A program made the translations under genes and the position numbers. The notes under the pieces were generated by a model. That model saw nothing but the letters and a program-made list of their open reading frames with translations. It did no database searches and was not told the origin of the DNA. A DNA stretch of 44,237 bases from Anaerolineae bacterium (lineage in GTDB: Bacteria > Chloroflexota > Anaerolineae > Aggregatilineales > J027), in NCBI GenBank assembly GCA_012031655.1, contig JAAUUD010000001.1, positions 1-44,237 of the forward strand, written 5' to 3'. Shown here piece after piece: positions 39,026 to 44,237 of this stretch (its first letter is position 1; every line of letters begins with the position of its first letter).

Positions 39026-40060
39026 CTAAGCAGGCAGATTCATATCCAGCACAATCCGTCCATCAATCTGGCCGTGGCGCATGAGGTCGAAAATCTCGTT
39101 GATGTGCTCCAACGGGCGCGTGGCGATATTGGCCTTGACCTTGCCTTCGCCCGCGAACCACAGCGATTCTTCCAGGTCTTTGCGCGTGCCCACAATCGAG
39201 CCGCGAATGGTGATGCGTTTGAGCACCACATCAAAGATAGGGGTGGGGAAGTCGCCCGGCGGCAGGCCAACCAGCGCCAGGTTCCCTTTACGGCGCAGCA
39301 TATCCAGCGCCTGGCGAAAGGCGGTTGTGGAAACTGCCGTCACCAGCGCGCCATGCGCGCCGCCGATTTCCCGCTGGAGGAACGCACCGGGGTCGGTTTC
39401 TTTGGCATTCACCATCAGGTCTGCGCCCAGGCGTTGCGCCAGGTCCAGCTTATCCTGCGCGATGTCCACGGCGACGACGTTCATGCCCATCTGCTTGGCG
39501 TATTGCACGGCCATATGGCCCAACCCGCCAATGCCAGAGATCACCACCCATTCGCCCGGGCGTACTTCGGTTTCCTTGAGACCTTTGTAAACAGTCACCC
39601 CGGCGCACAGGATGGGCGCGGCTTCTGCAAAGCCCACGTTATCCGGCAGGTGACCCACATAGCGTGCATCCGCGATTGTGTATTCGGCATAGCCGCCGTC
39701 CACCCCGTAGCCCGCGTTCTTCTGGTTGGGGCAAAGCGTTTCCCAGCCAGTGATGCAATGTTCGCAGGTGCCACAGGCGGTGTATAGCCAGGGGATGCCA
39801 ACGCGGTCGCCTTCCTTTACGCCCGTGACGCCTTTGCCGAGCGCGGTCACATAGCCAACGCCTTCGTGGCCCGGCACCAAGGGAAGCTTGGGCTTGACGG
39901 GCCAATCGCCTTCGACCGCGTGTAAGTCGGTGTGGCATACCCCAGAAGCCTGAATTTTGACCAGGATTTCGCCTTCTCCCGGGGCGGGTATGGGTCGTTC
40001 CTCGATCTGAAGAGGGTCTCCGAAGTTGTGGACTACAGCGGCCTTCATCGTTTGAGACAT
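39026..40060 (-). CDS. Zinc-dependent alcohol dehydrogenase (AdhP-like)
   Basis: [10 protein letters not shown].., [16 protein letters not shown], structural-Zn [29 protein letters not shown]. The start is ATG 40060 (GAGGAG 12 nt upstream) or ATG 40048. The long 5' extension of the listed ORF was rejected. Confidence 0.9.
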   Translation of the reverse strand: MSQTMKAAVVHNFGDPLQIEERPIPAPGEGEILVKIQASGVCHTDLHAVEGDWPVKPKLPLVPGHEGVGYVTALGKGVTGVKEGDRVGIPWLYTACGTCEHCITGWETLCPNQKNAGYGVDGGYAEYTIADARYVGHLPDNVGFAEAAPILCAGVTVYKGLKETEVRPGEWVVISGIGGLGHMAVQYAKQMGMNVVAVDIAQDKLDLAQRLGADLMVNAKETDPGAFLQREIGGAHGALVTAVSTTAFRQALDMLRRKGNLALVGLPPGDFPTPIFDVVLKRITIRGSIVGTRKDLEESLWFAGEGKVKANIATRPLEHINEIFDLMRHGQIDGRIVLDMNLPA

Positions 40061-40246
40061 AGGATCAATACTCTCCTCGTAACTGCATGGATTGGGAACA
40101 ACTTCACAATCACCTTCAGGATACTGGCGTTTCGCAGGCCTTAGCAACCGCAAAAAAGCATGATCTGTAGAACCAAGGGTCATGTTTTGGAACTGGTATG
40201 AACCGACTGGTGCTAGCCAGCCATACTCAGCGGGCGGGCTTTTGGC

Positions 40247-40252
40247 TATACT
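40247..40252 (+). promoter_or_regulatory. -10-like box TATACT (gGCTATACT) 19 nt upstream of lepA
   Basis: A member of the recurring GCTA(C/T)A(A/C)T motif. Confidence 0.3.
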
Positions 40253-40270
40253 CTTCTCAACACGCAAGTT

Positions 40271-42099
40271 ATGAGCACTGGAAGTCCCCACACTATGGAG
40301 CTTTCGCGGATTCGAAATTTCTGCATCATCGCGCATATTGACCACGGCAAAAGCACCCTGGCGGATCGGCTTTTGCAGGTGACCGGCACCATCACCGAGC
40401 GCGAGATGAAAGAACAGGTGCTGGATGACATGGACCTGGAACGGGAACGGGGCGTCACGATTAAGGCGTCGGCGGTCCATATGCAGTGGAAGGTCGCCGG
40501 GGGAGAAACCTACCACAATGGAACCTGATCGACACGCCCGGTCACGTGGACTTTACCTATGAGGTCAGCCGTGCATTGTACTCCTGCGAAGGGGCGCTGC
40601 TGGTGGTCGATGCAACGCAGGGCGTGGAGGCGCAAACTCTGGCCAATCTCTACCTGGCGCTGGAAGCCGACCTGGAGATCATCCCGGTGATCAACAAGAT
40701 CGACCTCCCCTCGGCGCGCCCGGATGAAATCGCAGAGGAACTGGAAGACCTGCTTGGCATCGCTGCGGAAGACATGCTCCAGGTGAGCGCCAAAACGGGC
40801 AAAAATGTGGAGTCCATCCTGCAAGCTGTGGTGGACCGGGTGCCGCCACCCAAAGGCGAAACAGAGGCTCCGTTGCGGGCGCTGATCTTTGACAGCCACT
40901 ACGATAGCTATAAAGGCGTGGTGGCCTACATCCGCGTTTTTGATGGCAAAGTGACCAAGAAAGACATTTTCCGCATGATGGCGACCAATGCTGTCGTGGA
41001 ACCCGTCGAGATCGGCATCCTGGCCCCACGGATGAAGGTTGTGGACGAGATTCCTACCGGGAGCGTGGGCTATATTGCTACCGGCCTCAAAACGGTGCTG
41101 GAATGCCGGGTGGGGGATACGGTTACGCTCAAGACGAACGGCGCCAAGGAGCCCTTGCCGGGTTATCAAAAAGCCAAGCCGATGGTTTTTGCGGGGTTCT
41201 ACCCGGTCGAGGGCGAGGATTACGGCGCCCTGCGCGATGCGCTGGACAAGCTCCAACTGAATGACGCTGCCCTGAGCTTCGAGCCAGAAACCTCCCAGGC
41301 GCTCAATTTTGGGTTTCGGGTGGGCTTTCTGGGCCTGTTCCACATGGATATTGTGCAGGAACGCGTCGAGCGCGAATATAACCTGGACATCCTGGCGACC
41401 GCGCCCAATGTGGAATACGAGGTCATGCTGAATACTGGCGAGCTGTTGCGGATTGATAGCCCGGCCTTGTTGCCAGATGAAAATGAGGTGACTTCCATCG
41501 CGGAACCGTGGATGGAAATTCAGGTGTTTGCGCCGGATACCTTCATCGGCCCCATCATGGAACTCATCACCACCAAGCGCGGCATTTATCGCAACATGGA
41601 ATACCTGGATAAATCTCGCGTGATGATCACGGCAGAAGTGCCGCTGGGCGAGTTGATCATCGACTTCTACGACCGCCTGAAGTCGATCAGCAAAGGCTAC
41701 GCCAGCCTGGATTACCAGTTTAAGGAATATCGGGTGGAAAACCTGGTGAAGCTGGATGTGCTGGTCAACAACGAGCCAGTCGATGCCCTGGCGATGATTG
41801 TGCACCGGGACCATGCCTACCACAAGGGCCAGAAGCTGGTCACCCGGCTCAAGGACCTCATCCCCCGCCAGCAGTTTGTGGTGCCGATCCAGGCGGCGGT
41901 CGGCAAGCGGGTGATTTCCAGGGCCAACGTCAAGGCCTTGCGCAAGGACGTGCTGGCCAAGTGCTACGGCGGCGACATCACGCGCAAGAAGAAACTGCTG
42001 GAAAAGCAGAAAAAAGGCAAGAAGCGCATGAAGATGATTGGCACAGTAGAAGTGCCGCAAGAGGCCTTCATGGCGGTGCTGAGCCTGGACGACGAATAG
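40271..42099 (+). CDS. lepA: Elongation factor 4 (LepA); frameshift at ~40517-40521
   Basis: [22 protein letters not shown], | [23 protein letters not shown], and the C-terminal LepA-specific ..[31 protein letters not shown]. ORFs 40271..40528 and 40486..42099 are one gene. Confidence 0.95.
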
Positions 42100-42134
42100 C
42101 CCTGGGCCAGGCGTGGGTCATCTTTCCGCAAGCG

Positions 42135-43298
42135 TCAGGTGATATTCCTCGATGCGTTGCGGAAGATGATCTCATCATAGGCTGGGTAGAGGCTGGCCAG
42201 CCGTGCCTGGTGGTGCAGCGGCGGATAGACCTTGCCCTTGATGGTGCGCCAGTTGGCGTCCGCCAGTTCAATCCAGATGTCTGGGCGCAACATCGGCGGC
42301 TCCAGGTCATAGAGCAGCCGCCCAAAAGCGCGCCTTGGTAGCTCTGCATTAGCGATGACCTCGCCATACAGCTCCGCCAAGGGGCGGTTGCTAGGCTGTA
42401 ACACAGAGCGGGCCTGCGGGACCAGGGCCGCGACCTGTTCTGCCTGAACACCGCAACGGGCCAGCACGCGCCCCAGGTGTTTGGGGCCAATCTCCGCGTA
42501 GTAGCCATAATCCAGCACTACGGGCACATAATGCTGCGTTTGTGTGCCATTGGGCAGGGTTTGCGTAAAGGTGAGCGGCTCGCCATTCGGTTGCACCAAC
42601 GCCCCACCGTTACCGCCGTGCGCGTCTGCGACGCTCGCGCCGAGGCTGGCCAGGGCGGCTTCGAGCAAATCTCCGGCGGCATTGGCCAGTTGCCGATTAA
42701 GCCGGGTGGCGTTGAAGGGGATTACCTCCGGCAGCAACTGGCAATGCAAAACCGCTGGTTGCCCGCTGGCCTGGGCGACCTGACCATCTGGGGCATGGAA
42801 AACGAGCTTGGTTGTATGGCGCGGCAACAGAAACAGGTCCGAAAGCAGCAAGGGATAGGCGGGGTCGCGCAGTGGCTCATTTTCGGCATCCAGAGCCACA
42901 TCAAAGGGGCGCGGGTGACCGGGCCTGCCCAGGACGTTCGGCACATGGTGATCTGGAACCAGCCGTAGCACGCGGCGAAGGTCAGCGCGCTGGGAGGCGG
43001 AGGGCAGGGGGGCTTGCGTATGGCCCAGCACCACTGCATAGCCACCATTGCCGAGGAGCTGCACCTGGCTAAAGCCATAGCGGTAGGCGATCTGGGCGAG
43101 GACTTCCGCCAGGGGCAGTGCTTCTGAGGCGAGCGGCAGGGGGTGTTCGGCAGCCAGTTCAAAAATCGTCGCGGCTTGTGGGACCTGCGCCCCCGCAGCA
43201 AACAGGAATTCGTCATCCAGCATCCGCCGATAGCGGTTGAGGATGCCAGCCACCTGGCGTGTGAGCTCCAGCAGTTGAGGGCCAATCGAAGCGGACAC
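42135..43298 (-). CDS. Hypothetical protein (~388-400 aa), no family recognised; weak protein-kinase-like motif pattern
   Basis: Long uninterrupted ORF. GTG 43298 is preceded by AAGGAG with a 9-nt spacer (alternative start GTG 43337). Motifs are LGNGGYAVV, RVLRL, DAHGGN and LDYG (see findings). Confidence 0.6.
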   Translation of the reverse strand: MSASIGPQLLELTRQVAGILNRYRRMLDDEFLFAAGAQVPQAATIFELAAEHPLPLASEALPLAEVLAQIAYRYGFSQVQLLGNGGYAVVLGHTQAPLPSASQRADLRRVLRLVPDHHVPNVLGRPGHPRPFDVALDAENEPLRDPAYPLLLSDLFLLPRHTTKLVFHAPDGQVAQASGQPAVLHCQLLPEVIPFNATRLNRQLANAAGDLLEAALASLGASVADAHGGNGGALVQPNGEPLTFTQTLPNGTQTQHYVPVVLDYGYYAEIGPKHLGRVLARCGVQAEQVAALVPQARSVLQPSNRPLAELYGEVIANAELPRRAFGRLLYDLEPPMLRPDIWIELADANWRTIKGKVYPPLHHQARLASLYPAYDEIIFRNASRNIT

Positions 43299-43403
43299 CG
43301 TTAGTATCTCCTTGACTTTTGCCTGGAGTGTAAACACCCCAGCCCGTGTTATTCCGTTCTTTTTCTGGTATCTTTCCGCAGAGGGAGAACCGGAGGTTGC
43401 GCG

Positions 43404-44237
43404 ATGGCTACCTTACCAAAATCAAACCCTGTGGGGGCGCCTGGCGAGCCGCCTGGAAAACTGGATGCTGCGGCACCAGGTCGAAATCCTGGCGGTGCTG
43501 CTGATCCCCTATCTGGTTTATCGTCTCTATCGCTTTGTGTTGCCGCTGATGGTGGCAGAAGATTTTGAATATCACGTGGTGTATGCGCTGGAAATGCGCG
43601 CAGCAGGGCGGCTGATGGTGCCGCACTTTATGTACCATATCCTGATCATCGCCCTGGATGCACGCTATGGCGTATGGTTGAGCCGCTTTTGGTATTACAC
43701 GCCCGCGATATGGGCGCTCATGTTGCTGAGCGTGGTCCTGTTCGGGCTGTTGCGGAGCGCCTTTCCCAGGCCGCTGAGCTACCCGGCAGGCCTGGCGCTG
43801 GGGGGGCTGACGCCAACCCTGGGGGCGGCAGAACAGTTATCGCCTGCTGGTGATTCTGATGAGCGGGTTTATGCTGCTGGGCATGTTGATCACCCGGCAG
43901 CCCAAGCGCATTCTGCTGTTCTTCTTTGTGCTGGCGATCCCGTTTAACCTGCGCTTCACGCCCTTTGTCGATAATCTTGCCTATCACTCAGGCGGTGCGC
44001 CGCCTGCGGTGCTGATTTATGTTTATGACTTCCCGCTGATTGGCCTGCTGGGGTTGTTCCTGCTGGAGATCACGCTGCATCGTAAGCCGCTGCGTTTTGG
44101 CGTTGTTGACCTGCTGGCGGTGCTGTTCATTTTGTGGAATGTGGTCGGGATTTTTCGGTCTGTGGATGTCACCCTCAGCCTGTATGAGAGCTTCCGCATC
44201 TTCAAGCTCTACCTGGCTGGATATATCGTCATGCTTT
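43404..44237 (+). CDS. Polytopic membrane protein, O-antigen-ligase/polymerase-like (Wzy_C-type N-terminal region), 3'-truncated by the window; two G5-run frameshifts (43433-43437, 43821-43825)
   Basis: GGAGG lies 7 nt before ATG 43404. With the indels corrected it reads MATLPKSNPVGRLASRLENWMLRHQVEILAVLL.. then ..TLGRQNSYRLLVILMSGFMLLGMLITRQPKRILLFFFVLAIPFNLRF..VYDFPLIGLLGLFLLEI..DLLAVLFILWNVVGIFRS.., open to the end of the window. Alternatively there are two genes, the second starting at ATG 43859. Confidence 0.5.

Noticed and set aside
40061-40516. 152-aa N-terminal extension of the alcohol dehydrogenase ORF (39026..40516).
   Set aside because: The extension is antisense to the lepA start and to the intergenic spacer, with junk-like composition. 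ADH homology starts at MKAAVV, with an upstream GAGGAG.

Overview
GC-rich (roughly 60% by eye) bacterial chromosomal segment, densely coding on both strands and mostly housekeeping.

Gene content in order:
- Cell-wall block: a SEDS (FtsW/RodA) gene whose 5' end is replaced by a FecCD permease fragment, a class-B PBP-like gene, and a tightly coupled 4-gene sugar-nucleotide/phosphohexomutase operon.
- A TIR-like plus TPR gene pair beside an AT-rich patch and a compositionally odd orphan ORF.
- Quinone oxidoreductase, Tyr phosphatase, recJ, a DUF11 surface protein, an FhaA-like FHA protein and a DHOD-like flavoprotein.
- ADP-forming acetyl-CoA synthetase with a DRTGG/Pta-N-terminal partner, then eno-pyk and radC.
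- Acylphosphatase coupled to a FecR-like membrane protein, a HEAT-repeat protein, the RseP protease, an HD hydrolase and a GH13 alpha-glucosidase.
- A four-subunit 2-oxoacid:ferredoxin oxidoreductase and an orphan Cas4-like nuclease.
- An alpha/beta hydrolase, mevalonate kinase and a UbiA-family prenyltransferase, then tlyA, a Zn-ADH and lepA.
- A divergent pair of an unknown ~390-aa protein and an O-antigen-ligase-like membrane protein that runs off the 3' end.

I recognised no rRNA, tRNA, CRISPR array, transposase or integrase. The gene content (bacterial mevalonate kinase, ADP-forming ACS, FhaA-like protein) would fit a Chloroflexota-like lineage, but that is inference only.

Major caveat: about 20 single-base frameshifts interrupt conserved genes, including eno, pyk, lepA and recJ. 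Most of them sit in homopolymer runs. Most apparent pseudogenes are therefore probably sequencing or assembly indels, and several coordinates below span a corrected frameshift.

Most interesting observations:
1. The PBP homologue has lost all three transpeptidase motifs.
2. There is an abrupt FecCD-to-SEDS junction at about nt 445-520.
3. The TIR-like/TPR locus sits next to an AT-rich island and an orphan ORF.
4. An orphan protein carries weak protein-kinase-like motifs.

None of these is proven. All family calls come from by-eye motif recognition.
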